Source: Basidiobolus meristosporus CBS 931.73 (Eukaryota; Fungi; Basidiobolomycota). From it: DNA of 64,000 bases. The stretch covers positions 1 through 64,000 of the forward strand of contig MCFE01000014.1 of NCBI GenBank assembly GCA_002104905.1. Reading direction: 5' to 3'. The notes beneath the pieces are model-generated. The model was not told the DNA's origin, did no database searches, and saw only the letters and a program-made list of their open reading frames with translations. Positions 23,412 to 34,699 of the stretch are shown one piece after another. Both the position numbers and the translations under genes were made by a program. The first letter of the stretch is position 1. Every line of letters starts with the position of its first letter.

Positions 23412-24795
23412 GCTTATTGCTGAAATATGAGTTATCTGTTAAAGGCTACTGTGTGAAGTAGCAAACCGCTAAATTTGTGATGACCCACATCTTATTATGA
23501 TATACTAATCTGTCCAAAGCCCTTAAATTTGCACATCACCTCATAGGCTATTTCTTGGGCTATTCTACTCCTTAATCCTAGCAAGCACCACCAATACCAT
23601 AGATTCTCTACTAAAATCAATTAAGTAATAAATGGATATCATTAGGTGCTTCCAGTTTTCTGGGTCAGGTTTGGCTCTCCCAAGCATATTATGTCTATGT
23701 TTTGCTTGCCAGGACTCTATTGCCTCAACCTTGCCAAAAAGACTGATTGGCTCAACCTGCTGATGTTGTGCCTATTCAATTAACACCTAAGCCACCTATA
23801 TAATATAACATTCTACCTGATTAATTGCTGAGTTATGTATTACTTGGCTAAAGTTCAGCTTATAAGATATTAGCTAATTGTCAACATAGTGAATGTCTGA
23901 AAGTTGTCAGTATTTTCAAGCTTGTCCAAAAGCCCTAAACATTGCACAGAGCTTCCTGATACCTTCTTCAAGACACAACTACTGATAGTCATGCAACATT
24001 CCCTCCAAAATATAAGTACTTTACTTGAACTCAAGAAAATAGCAAGTGAATATCAAGCAATCTTCTAATTCTCCAGATCACTTTCAATACTCCATAGAAC
24101 CTGTTGACATTCTTATTAATGCTTACATATGATACAAGTAATTCACTACGTACTTTGATATTTGTCTGCGAATCAGGAATCATTTTATGGTGATAGGTAA
24201 GGATTACTTGCAATGATGGAGATACCCAAAATACAAGAGTTTTTGTGATTTACAAAAAGCATTAATTACATTTTACTACTCAATATCACCGCTTCATAAT
24301 TTCCGCTATCCAATATAACTATATAACGCTTACATTATTACAAGCATTCATCAGTACCCAGTCCTGCAGATAAGCATGAAACTGACAAAATGACAGGAAC
24401 TTATATATGATTATGATCAGACTCAGCCCTCTCAGCATTTATAATACTCAACACACAGATTAATGACCAAAGTGTTGGAGGTTAACCTGATCAATGCACA
24501 AAATCTTTGGAAGACGCTCAATGTGGAAACAGCTTGGCCAATACACTTGAGAAGTGAGCAAAACCTATGAAAGATCATCATTTTGTGAATAGCTTTTATA
24601 TAGTAGACCCCCGCATGATTTCGGGATACGATTGAGATAAACATACACAATTAGCGGGCAGCCTGTTGACATACATGAAAGAGCTTCCTTGTCGCTATTT
24701 TGGCCAAAAATCAGCAGAATTTGATACTCCAAACAATTTACAAGAGGAAGGCGGTATTTTATTTAACAAACAATTAATACAGTATCCAAAGTAGC

Positions 24796-25590
24796 CTAGT
24801 ATTCGATATTACACTGATCATAGGGGAAACGGGCATGTTCCTTGATATTGTTGTTGTAAGGGTTATCAAGAGGCCCGTTGATAGACATCCAAACGCCATT
24901 GTGCTCCTTGTTGTAACCAGCACCCCAGCTGAGGAAACCAACCTCAGGTCTATAACGAGGCTTTGTGTAGTTAATAGTGGTTCCAAGGCAGGGGTAGCAG
25001 AAGTCATCCCCTTCAACACGATAGCATTGTGAGCTGTAGAGTCCAGTGCGGGGTTGAGATTTATCGCCTAACCAGTTCTCAAGGAATTGATAAAAGTAAC
25101 CAAGGCCGTTGTCTTTTGGGCTGGAGACTCGTAGCACACCAAGCTTTTCCCACTGGTCAGTGATCTTTACCGAACCGGTGTATACGTTATAATCGCCATC
25201 ACGGTGATAATCAACCTTGAAACGATACTTGTGGCCATCAACCCAAGGATAGACCAACCAAATATGGCGGCCGGTGCCTTCATGTGCGAATCCGCTACTC
25301 TCACACTTCTCACAGATCTCGACGACTTCAGCGTCCTGCTCGCCATCCCACAAGGAAAACAAAAAGCGTCTGTCTTTGTTGCCTACTTGCATACCAAGGT
25401 AGCCGTTATCCCATCCGGTAGCCATGTAGAAGGTGATATCGGGTGAATATCCTGGCACCGCTGCGACATCGGTCTCAAAGCTGGTATACTTATGGCCGTG
25501 CTCCAAGTAGGGGAGGCTATGAATGGCCACTAGAAGAGCCTGAAGAGGGAAGAGCGCTATAATTGAAAAAGCGTAGTATACGGCCTTCAT
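24796..25590 (-). CDS. Secreted DUF3472-like protein, 264 aa, intronless
   Basis: Hydrophobic signal-peptide-like N-terminus; motifs FYMATGWDNGYLGMQ, RFLFSLWD, HEGTG, YPWVDGHKYRF, YQFLENW match my recollection of the DUF3472/DUF5077 family. Confidence 0.75.
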   Translation of the reverse strand: MKAVYYAFSIIALFPLQALLVAIHSLPYLEHGHKYTSFETDVAAVPGYSPDITFYMATGWDNGYLGMQVGNKDRRFLFSLWDGEQDAEVVEICEKCESSGFAHEGTGRHIWLVYPWVDGHKYRFKVDYHRDGDYNVYTGSVKITDQWEKLGVLRVSSPKDNGLGYFYQFLENWLGDKSQPRTGLYSSQCYRVEGDDFCYPCLGTTINYTKPRYRPEVGFLSWGAGYNKEHNGVWMSINGPLDNPYNNNIKEHARFPYDQCNIEY

Positions 25591-26592
25591 TTTGCCAGCG
25601 AAGTATTCTCCGAGTAGACCAAGAGTAAGATTGCTGTCGAAATGCTAGACACCACAGGCCTTTTAATATCACTCAAGCCAACTGTGGCAACCGGCAAGGG
25701 TGGTCCAACTGCCAATCTCGAAGCTCAATTTGGCTTATCTCGCATTGATATCCCAGTCCCGTTGAGACAGATATCTATAGAAGATTGAACCAGCATGAAG
25801 CAGAAATTTCCTGAAATAATGCTAAGCAAGATCACGTTTCCATTGCCCTAACTGGTGGAAAAATACTGAAAACAGTCAGTAAACAGGCGAAGTTATAGGG
25901 CATGTACGCATTTGTTGATATACCATTCTTTGCCTGACTGGTTGACAATTATCACCTATTCTGGATGCTATTCCCATTCTTTACCGTTCATCTCATTATG
26001 GCGATTGCGATGGATTTACTGGTCCGCTACGCTGACTGATTTAGGACAATTACCTAGTATGTACCAGCACCAATCCCAGACTTAGCATTGCGAACATCAA
26101 TTAGATTGACTATTCGGTGCTACTGCTTCGGCTGATTACATTGCCATACGCTCAGCATTATCGTATCAAGATAGCCGGAACTCATCGCATCTAGATGGCA
26201 TCGTAAAAATCTAGCCTCACCTCCTCTCCATTTATCCAGAAAAACATTCAGTCAATACGCATATGGATCAACCACAGTCGGCTCCCTGCTCCAAGTCTCT
26301 ACCCCTTCCAAAACATCGCAGGTTACTTCATGGCAAATACTTGTTTCTGGCTTAATACTCTTTAATCACTTCGTTTTCATAAGCCTTGGAACGGCCAGTA
26401 GTCGAATGTTGTACTTGTTGCAGTATCAAAAATCACTGGACATTTGTAGTAGTTTTATTTAGGAAATGACATGTCGGAGATTTACATTTGATATTCGTTA
26501 CTATTTGGACTACCGGGTGTAACCTTCGATCAATGAATCACACGCTGTAGAAGGCTTGCACCTCTCTAGAACCAAGAGCAGGAAACAAGCAA

Positions 26593-27096
26593 CTAGGCCC
26601 TCTGATGCTTACGGGTGGGCTTTTTTGGTACGGGAACTTTGCATGTTTTGGGCTTCGACAAAGAAGCTGCGGTTTTACAGGTAATGTAACCATCACTTTC
26701 CTTCACACATAGAAAGCCAGAGGGACATTTGAATGTATATAGTTGGTCGGCCATACAGTACTTGTATTCTGCAGACTTTCCAGAGTCAACACAAGCTGGC
26801 GCGGTATTATCACAGGGTCCCTCAGATAGATTTCCGGATGCTTGTTGGGCTGCGGATGCTACTATGGTTCCAGCAATGGAGCATGAGATTTCGCCACCGG
26901 GCTGATCATAGCAGAAGGTTGCGGAGGGGCACTTTTGGGTGACCAGTTGACCATTGAGGCAATAGGCGTATTCGGGGGATTTCCCGGAGTCTTTACAGCC
27001 TGATAGGTCATTTTCGCAGGATGCCGCTTCTTGCGGGTACGCTGCTACTACAGCAGTGCAAGCAATGAGAGTCAATACCTTGGAGATATGCAGCAT
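26593..27096 (-). CDS. Small secreted cysteine-rich protein with two CBM19-like (putative chitin-binding) repeats, 167 aa, intronless
   Basis: Signal peptide; two repeats with identical spacing C-x6-C-x11-C-x9-C-x5-C-x9-C and shared DSGKSxEYxYC...KCPS; basic C-terminal tail. Confidence 0.8.
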   Translation of the reverse strand: MLHISKVLTLIACTAVVAAYPQEAASCENDLSGCKDSGKSPEYAYCLNGQLVTQKCPSATFCYDQPGGEISCSIAGTIVASAAQQASGNLSEGPCDNTAPACVDSGKSAEYKYCMADQLYTFKCPSGFLCVKESDGYITCKTAASLSKPKTCKVPVPKKPTRKHQRA

Positions 27097-27487
27097 GCTG
27101 AGTGAAAAAGTGTGAAGTGTGAAGTTAGTGCTCTTTGTGACGCTGTTTATTTATATCTCCAGTGAAATCCTTTGAGATGTGAGTAACGAAGGATTACCTA
27201 TTTGGGGCATTGAGCGATCTTCAGGCCAAAGGCAACCACTTGACTTTTCTGAGCGATCCCTCAATAGTGTTAGATAATGCTCTGACTATTGATTGGTTTT
27301 GGGATTGGCAAGGATCGAGAGTGGCGTACAAACGTTAGCTAGGCTGCATGGAAGGCTTCGGATTAGGTTTCTTTCACAGCCCTTACCGAGATAAAATGAC
27401 CGAATTGGGATGTGCCATTTCTGGCCCGATGGAGTTTATTAACCACTGATAGGGCTGGACAAACGAAATGGGGATTCAGCTTGTGAG

Positions 27488-27769
27488 TTGTTCCACTACT
27501 CGATATGGAAGTGCGAAAATCCAGGCGAGCTCAATGCTCTTTATGACAACTTTTTTATCTTTCAGGCCTTACACTCGGTATCATCCCGTGGGAAATCCGG
27601 TTCACTTTTTCTTCATAAAAGGCAGGGGACTGTAGAAAATTCCAAGCATGCATGTGACGGCTTTGCAATATTTCTGTCAAGCTATGCAATGAAGCTGCCC
27701 GCTCCAAAATACACCCATGATCGGCCAATTATTGGATCCGCAAGACTAGCCCACCTCTACAATAACTAG
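27488..27769 (+). pseudogene. Possible fragment of a PIP5K-family lipid kinase
   Basis: Only the segment SVSSRGKSGSLF resembles the PIP5K SSPGKSGSFF motif; the IIKT motif is missing. Confidence 0.2.
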
Positions 27770-28235
27770 AGCATTGTTACTTTATTAGGCTTGTAAGAAG
27801 CATCCATACAACTCCATGTTCCCACCACTGTTATGCAGTAACCATGGGGCTGAAGAATTATTATTAGATATATATCACTCTTGAACATTTCATCAGCAAA
27901 ACCATTAGTTCTGGGCATCCAATCGCCTTCTTATTTGGTACCCAACAAGTGCTCACCATTGGTGTTCCATTGCCAAGTAAGCCTTTTTAGCTCTTTCTTT
28001 TAACCAGACTGCTATATTTCTTCTCAGAATTATCTTCTACTTCATTACCTCAATATGCCAAGGTCAAACCTTTGTCAAGATTTTGAAATTATTGAAAGTG
28101 GTTGATAGTTTGCACACTATCTGGGTCTTGCTCTGTGCCCTATGCTTGCTACTCATACCTTTACAAGATATTGGTAAGATAAATGTGTGGACTACAATTA
28201 GCATTGTCCCAGGAACAAGTTCTGTGGCCATTTTT

Positions 28236-28888
28236 ACTGTTAGAGTCATGGAACTATTGGAAATAATTGGGAGAGAAAGTGAATTATGTGCTTTCACTCA
28301 ATGAAATACTGAATATAAGAGTGGAACTTTGCCATTATAAATTCTTAAATCCAGATGTGATTGAGCATATACATATCTCAGGATGGCCCTAGAAGTATCT
28401 TTGCAAACTGCAGGAATCCTAACAAGCATTGGGATCTTCTATGCTTTAAGCACCTTGTATCTTGATGGAAATACTTGTTGTAAGAGTCTTGGAGATATTG
28501 GAAGTGACTTGGGAGAACAAGTAGATTTTGTGGTTTTCACTTAATGATTTATTGAATGTAAAAGTAGTGTTTATACTTTTATACAGTCTTGGCATAGCAA
28601 ACATGTAGAATAGGTTAAGGAAGGTCCCAAGAACATGTGTGCAAAGTGTGGGGCTGTTTGGACAACTCTGAGAATTTTCATGCTCTAGGTACCTGGTATT
28701 TTGGTGAAAATATTCTAAGTAAATCCCAACAAGGATTTTGGTCAGTATTCTCTAAGATTTGAAGGTAATGATCTAAGTGACTAAGTCAGGTAAATATTTA
28801 GGTGGAATTGCAAAATTTTGCAACAATACTGACTGTTAATCATGGTAAAGAACTTGGTCAGGAAATAATAGATTGAAGTACTTAGATC
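28236..28888 (-). mobile_element. Old, diverged LTR of the same family, split by a younger LTR at 28476-28825 and truncated at 28888
   Basis: 28236-28475 and 28831-28888 align in order to the reverse complement of the LTR consensus. Confidence 0.65.
28476..28825 (-). mobile_element. Solo LTR, 350 bp, nested in an older LTR
   Basis: High similarity to 18304-18652; perfect TSD ATACT (28471-28475, 28826-28830). Confidence 0.92.
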
Positions 28889-29281
28889 TGTTGTAAAATT
28901 CTATATTTACACCCAAATATTCCCCCAAATTTGTCACTTAAATCATTTCCTTCAAATTGTGGAGAATACTGAGCAAATTCCATGTTGCAATTTATCTAGA
29001 ATATTTTCACCAGAATATCTGGTACCCAAAACATGAGATTTTATAAAGCTGTCCAAATAGCCCCAAACTCTGCACACATACTCTTGGGACCTTCCTAGGC
29101 GTACTTTAAGTGAAAACTGCACAATCTACTTGTTCTCACAATCCCTTCTAGTATCCCCAAGACTCTTACAGCACTTGGGACCTTCCTAGGCACATTTTAT
29201 ACTGTTGCTTTGCCAAGACCATGTAAAGGTATCAATACTACTTTAATATTCAATAAATCATTAAGTGAAGGTCATATAATC
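28889..29281 (+). mobile_element. Rearranged LTR: internally deleted copy (28889-29173) plus a partial 3' half (29174-29281)
   Basis: TGTTGTAAAA start, GACTCTTACAGCA end; cttgggaccttcctaggc occurs twice at the junctions. Confidence 0.75.
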
Positions 29282-29613
29282 TGTTGTAAAAATCCAGAAT
29301 TCCACCTAAATATTCACCTAGCTTAGTCACTTAGATCAATACCTTCAAAGCCTAGAGAATACTGACCATATTCCTTGTTGGGATTTACTTAGAATATTTA
29401 CCCAGAACATGAAAATTCTCAAAGTTGTCCAAACAGCCCCACACTTTGCACACTTGCTCTTGGAACCTTTCTTAACCTATTCTACATGTTTGCTATGCCA
29501 AGACAATGTAAAAGTATAAATACTACTTTTACATTCAATAAATCACTAAGTGAAAACCACATAATCTACTTGTTCTCCCAATTACATCCAATATCTCCAA
29601 AACACTTACAACA
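29282..29613 (+). mobile_element. LTR of the same family interrupting the previous partial LTR
   Basis: TGTTGTAAAA...TTACAACA, 332 bp; no matching TSD (TAATC / CACAG). Confidence 0.85.
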
Positions 29614-29954
29614 CACAGATAATGCTTTCAGCTTATACAACCCACTTTTACTTTGTAGTAGTCAAGCTATTTGCTGTAGATACTTTCCCTACAATTACCA
29701 AGTCTATGAACCTCAACAATTACAGGAACCTGTGTGAAATAGCTTTACTAAGTGCCTAGACTCTGGTAGTTTTCACAGTAAACCAATAGGAATTAATGTG
29801 TCATATCTGCTTATGAGACCATCATAGCTACACTCGGTGTAAATTGTAGTTTCAGAATCCTCAAGTGAGGCTAGTCTAATAGCTGGTTGTGGTTATTCTT
29901 AACTTATGCAAAATCTAAACAAAACATCTTCAATGCTTTTGCACAAGAAGTGAA

Positions 29955-30277
29955 GAAATAGTACAAAGTGATTGGAAAACAAGTAGATTTTGTAGCTCTC
30001 ACCTGATAATTTGTTGAATATAAAGTAATACTTATTCTTTACATGGTTTGGGTGTAAAGCTCATGAGACTTGTTTAGGCAATTCTAAGTTTATATGTGCA
30101 AAACCTGGGATTTTGGATAACTATGAGAATTTCAATGTCTAGGGCAACTAAGATTTTGGTCAAATACCTCAGGCAGTTTGCAACAAAGAACTTGGGCAAA
30201 ATGCTCCAAGGCTCCTACACTTTGATCTAAGTGACTAGGCTGGTAGGGTATCTAAGTACAATTACAAAACTTGTAAC
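29955..30277 (-). mobile_element. Highly decayed LTR of the same family
   Basis: Retains aacaagtagattttgt, gagaatttcaatg and gatctaagtgactag blocks; ends approximate. Confidence 0.6.
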
Positions 30278-30545
30278 TTTTCTGGGGATAAGCTGAACTG
30301 AAACTTTGGGGCAAATTTATGGATTGGAATGCAACATTGATATAAGTGGTGGAATCTCTAAGGGCTAAATTGATGAGAATATAGCAAAAGACCATAAGAA
30401 GACAAGCTCAAGACTAAGAGAGCATATAGTCTCTGAAGTAGTTGCATTATTTCAAGGTATTGATAAACAGATCATATGTGCAGTATTCAAGCTGTTATCA
30501 CATGAAGCTAGAAGTGATGAGTAATAAGGCATGAGCTGCGGGACT

Positions 30546-30560
30546 TGGGTTCAAATCCCA
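30546..30560 (+). other. Isolated tRNA T-arm / B-box-like motif TGGGTTCAAATCCCA
   Basis: GGTTCAAATCC fits the B-box consensus with a 4-bp stem; no convincing A-box or cloverleaf, so not called as a tRNA. Confidence 0.35.
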
Positions 30561-30917
30561 CTCTATACAATATGGCCTAAAAAGCTTGTATCCTTCATTT
30601 TCCAAATGGTACATAGAAGCCTCTTTTAGAGTATTTTAAATGAGTTATTTATAGGTTTGGCTTGTATTAGTGTTGAGAATTCACAATCACCGAGGTCAAA
30701 CCAATATTTCTTCTATATTTTAACTATGTGGTATTTGTGGCCAATACTGGAATACCAAGTTGTCATGTCAAAATGCTTCAAGTCAAGAATGAAGTGTTAC
30801 TCTAGTCCATGATTGTTCAAGGCGCAAAAATCTGGACCTGGATTTGGAATCGCATCCCATAACTGCTGAGAATCAAACCTATTGTATATAGTAGTGCCTT
30901 CATGCAACCAGTAAGGC

Positions 30918-31082
30918 ATACTTACCTGGCAGGGGCAGCTCGTGATCAAGAAGGCGAGTTGTTCGTTTTGGAACTTGAGCATTGCACAGCGTCTCAGGGT
31001 CTTTAACGCGAACATCCTTCGGGGTGTCTCGACTGTTAAATTTTTGTTTGTGGGAAGTGAGCGCTATGCGCCGCCTCCTGCC
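30918..31082 (+). ncRNA. U1: U1 spliceosomal snRNA, about 165 nt
   Basis: 5' ATACTTACCTGG, stem-loop I with GATCAAGAAG loop (U1-70K site), ATTGCAC loop (U1A site, 30981-30987), UUCG-capped stem III, Sm site AAATTTTTG (31038-31046), GC-rich stem IV. Confidence 0.96.
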
Positions 31083-31710
31083 ATTCTCCTATACAAATAT
31101 ATCTATATTCCTCATCGGTAGTTAATAACTTTCATACACACACACTGAATGAGCTATGATTTGTGGTCATAATGAGTGGCATCATACTGCTCTATTGGTG
31201 GTAGTCGGTATAAATATTCCTGGTCAACATTCATGTGATATTAAACAACTTCCAATTTTATCCATGTTAAGCATGTTTTGATCGCCAATCCTTATACCGT
31301 TTAATTGGGGCGCTCAACTATAAGATGGGCATCTTTCTTGCTTCGTACAACAGTAACACTGAGCTAGCAAATGCCAATTATTTGAGCTACTATTTGGGTT
31401 CAATGAATCGGTGCATTATTGGAGACACGCAGACATCCCCATATTGCTTTGAAAGTAGATGAAATTGAAAAGATGGAGCTAATCTGTCATAACCATGAAA
31501 AAAGGTATTCGGGGCATTTAGAAATGTGGTACTTGGTGTATGCAGAGTTTGGGGCCTTTCGTATAGACAGGTTGGCGAATACATGATTGTGGACAGCCAC
31601 TAGCCAATCAAATATACGATCAGCTAGCGATCAAATCAGATTAATCGATTAGACCACGAGGTGGAATTTCACAACAGCCAACAAGGTATTTAAGTGTGTG
31701 AAATTAGCCG

Positions 31711-31748
31711 AGAGTAGGAACCTAGAGTAGGAACCTAGAGTAGGAACC
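31711..31748. repeat. 13-bp tandem repeat AGAGTAGGAACCT x3
   Basis: Exact copies, third one base short; upstream of the forkhead gene. Confidence 0.9.
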
Positions 31749-32760
31749 ATCCTGTAACGTACGTGTCAATTACTGGTCGAAGTATATCGAGTAACCAAGT
31801 ACTCGATAGTTCTCATGGGAAACACACAAACACCTCATACGACAACAAACATACCTGTGGCTAATTCGCAATCACTGAGCAACCAGTGCGGACGTTGATT
31901 GGATCACAAACTCGGGCGATACCCATTCTAAGCTTAGTGCAGTGCAATAGAAATTTAAAGTATTAAAGCGACCTTCCCTCTGACCAAAATATTCTCCGGG
32001 AGATATTCCTGATTAGTCCGGATGGTGAATCTAGAGTGGTTGCTTCATTTGGAAGGAGAGAATTGGGCGAAAAGGAAATGTGCTACATCACTCATATGAA
32101 TTAGCAGGATAAAGTTCGCCGATGATTTAGGAAAATGATTATGTTGGATGGTGACCAGGGTGGCACAGAGGATGGGTGATTTGTCAACATTGGATATGTA
32201 TTTGTGTTGTAGCACAATGCTTCTTGAAATGTCGAAGTATTAGCAGTGGCTCGGAAAGGAAATGGGCTTCCAAATCTGCTGGCGGGTTGTAGGCTGCGGG
32301 ATGCGATATCTCCGTCTTGCGCTGGTGGAGCTCTCCACTCACGGCTTGGTTGACTTTCCGCCTTGCTGTTGTATGAGTTCTGAATCAACGGTGCTGGTTC
32401 CTGAACGCCATTCCAAAATATTTGGCCAAGGTGAGTACGGGACTGATCAAGATCAAGTGTGCTAGTCATATGGTTGAAAAAGGAAATCCGGTGGTGGAAA
32501 GGGAGAATAGTGATCCATTCACATTGAGTATACATATATATATTGAGGAGTGTATATATTCCATATACAAATCCGTATGAATGAAGTTGGGTAGATTTTC
32601 GGAGATTTTGACCCGTGTTCTAGGGAATGGCTATATATAATGAATCATCCGCCGACTTTTACTCCATCTACATCGCTTACGTTTAGACTTTATACACCTC
32701 ATTCACCGACTTGCCCTCATACTCGTAAATTGCCCACAGACGGTATTCGCCCACTGCTGA

Positions 32761-33744
32761 ATGACTACCCTTGCGCCGCATTCACAACTCTTGAACCACC
32801 ACCAGTTGCCATACACTACTACGTCGTCTCAACGGCCCTACAGTGGCTACGTAGCCGGCGGAAACTCCCTAATGAGCCCATATCAAACCTTTCAGCCCGA
32901 TATGAATTCCCATGGCCCTCACAAGCTTATCGAGACCTTTGTCTCGGTATCCCCCGACTCGGCCAAAAAGTTGCCCAGAAAGCGCAGAAGACCCCCGTTC
33001 TCATACTCCTCCCTGATTGCTCAAGCTATATTATCAACACCTGACCGACGCCTTACATTAAGAGAGATTTATCAGTGGATTATGGAGCGTTACCCAGCCA
33101 TGTATAAGGCAGGTGACACTGGTTGGCAGGTAGCGTGCAGCCCCACCTGAAAATCAAATCTGCATGATTCACTAAATATTTGCGTTTAGAACACCATTCG
33201 TCATAACCTGTCCTTAAACAAGTGCTTCAAAAAGATCCCTAGAGCCGAAAACGATGTCCCTCATATCAGCAAGGGAAAGGGTGGCTACTGGACAGTGGAT
33301 CCAGAGTTCATGTCTTCCTTCGAGAATGGCGAATTCCCCAAGGGGACCATGGTGAGACGCAAGCCTGTTGAGAGCAACAATTTCGACGGCTTCTCCGCAG
33401 CACCTCAGATGCATGGGGTGTTCCATTATACCAGCCCCAACCCTGTTGAGCACTCGCCTTTGAACGAAACCTATCAGTGCAACCACGAATCCACATATCG
33501 GAAGGGCTCTCTAGATCAGTATTTGCTTCATAGCAAGGAGCCTGTGGAGGACGAAAGGTACCGTCGTCGAAGCGAAGTCTCGCCATATTACTACGCAAAC
33601 AGCACGCCCCAGCCCTATTCCCGCCCTTATTCGCAGAGCGAATATCTTCAACCCATGCTGCTCAGAGCTGGATCAGAGGCCTCAAGTTGCAAATCAAGCT
33701 CGGAAGACACTTCCGTACTACGTATTCATAATATTTTGAATTAA
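32761..33744 (+). CDS. Forkhead-box transcription factor, about 307 aa
   Basis: Exons 32761-33129 and 33190-33744; [14 protein letters not shown]...[10 protein letters not shown]...[21 protein letters not shown]...GKGGYW; start codon is the ORF-finder ATG. Confidence 0.93.
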
Positions 33745-34251
33745 TTTCAGTGGTTCGAGCTTCCCACTTCTGTACATTTAGTAATGTTGATTATGACGAC
33801 CGTTCCCACCACCCACCACCCGCAACCCACAACGCACATTCCACACCCTTATGATGGGTGCTCTATTCACGTTCACCAGCTCTTTTAGTCGTGTAAAAAC
33901 AAACAAATAAATCCACCAACCATGCACATACGTAAACCATTCATCTACTCTGTTTGATTGGTGGCCTAGGTCCCCGGAGACTTAACGGATCATATGAGCG
34001 GTACAATTGATTAAGGATATATGGAGAAAGAGCACAGAGCTAACAGCAATTGGAGAGATTCCAATGGATTAGGTCTAAATTGATTTGTCATAGCTCAAGG
34101 AGCACGCTGCTCTGTACCCACATTAGGCCCATACACAGTGGGATCTATTGGTTTGCATGAAGTTGGGGCAGCGTCGGATTGGTCACATTTAGGGAGATAT
34201 ATAAGCTTGATTTCCAATATAGAAATAAATGGAGAACCGTGAAGTGGATGT

Positions 34252-34286
34252 AAGGGCCAAGGGCCAAGGGGCAAGGGGCAAGGCTC
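34252..34286. repeat. 7-bp tandem repeat AAGGG(C/G)C x5, last copy degenerate
   Basis: Direct reading; intergenic. Confidence 0.8.
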
Positions 34287-34699
34287 CAAGAGTCGAAAGC
34301 ACAGACATCACATACATTAGCTGTGGGTTCCCATTTTCGGCTCTACACCTTCCCCACTGCAATAAAGAAGAATACGGCTCAATTGATGAATACCGATCAT
34401 GCCTCAGACCATCCCTCCTGCACTTCATAGAGATGCTCTCATCTAACCACTTTTGGTCCCAAAGTTATCGCATCGGCTTGCGTAAATTGGCCAAATGAAT
34501 AGATCAGTGTCTGCGCATGAGCACGTTCGTTACGTTAATTACCCAATGCTTCCCTCACCCCACCGGTGATGATGGTGATTCACAACGTGGGAATCTTGAA
34601 TGATTTATTCCGTTCCAGTACAAATCAAGCTCACCGAGATGGTTCTGAAATCACGACCAGTTCTATCCGGAATAAGAGCCGGTCTCTAGGTCGGTTTGG

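Noticed and set aside
30480-30580. A tRNA gene
   Set aside because: Only the T-arm is present; no acceptor stem, D-arm or A-box could be built
31711-31748. CRISPR-like or regulatory array
   Set aside because: Head-to-tail 13-mers with no spacers in a eukaryotic locus; ordinary minisatellite
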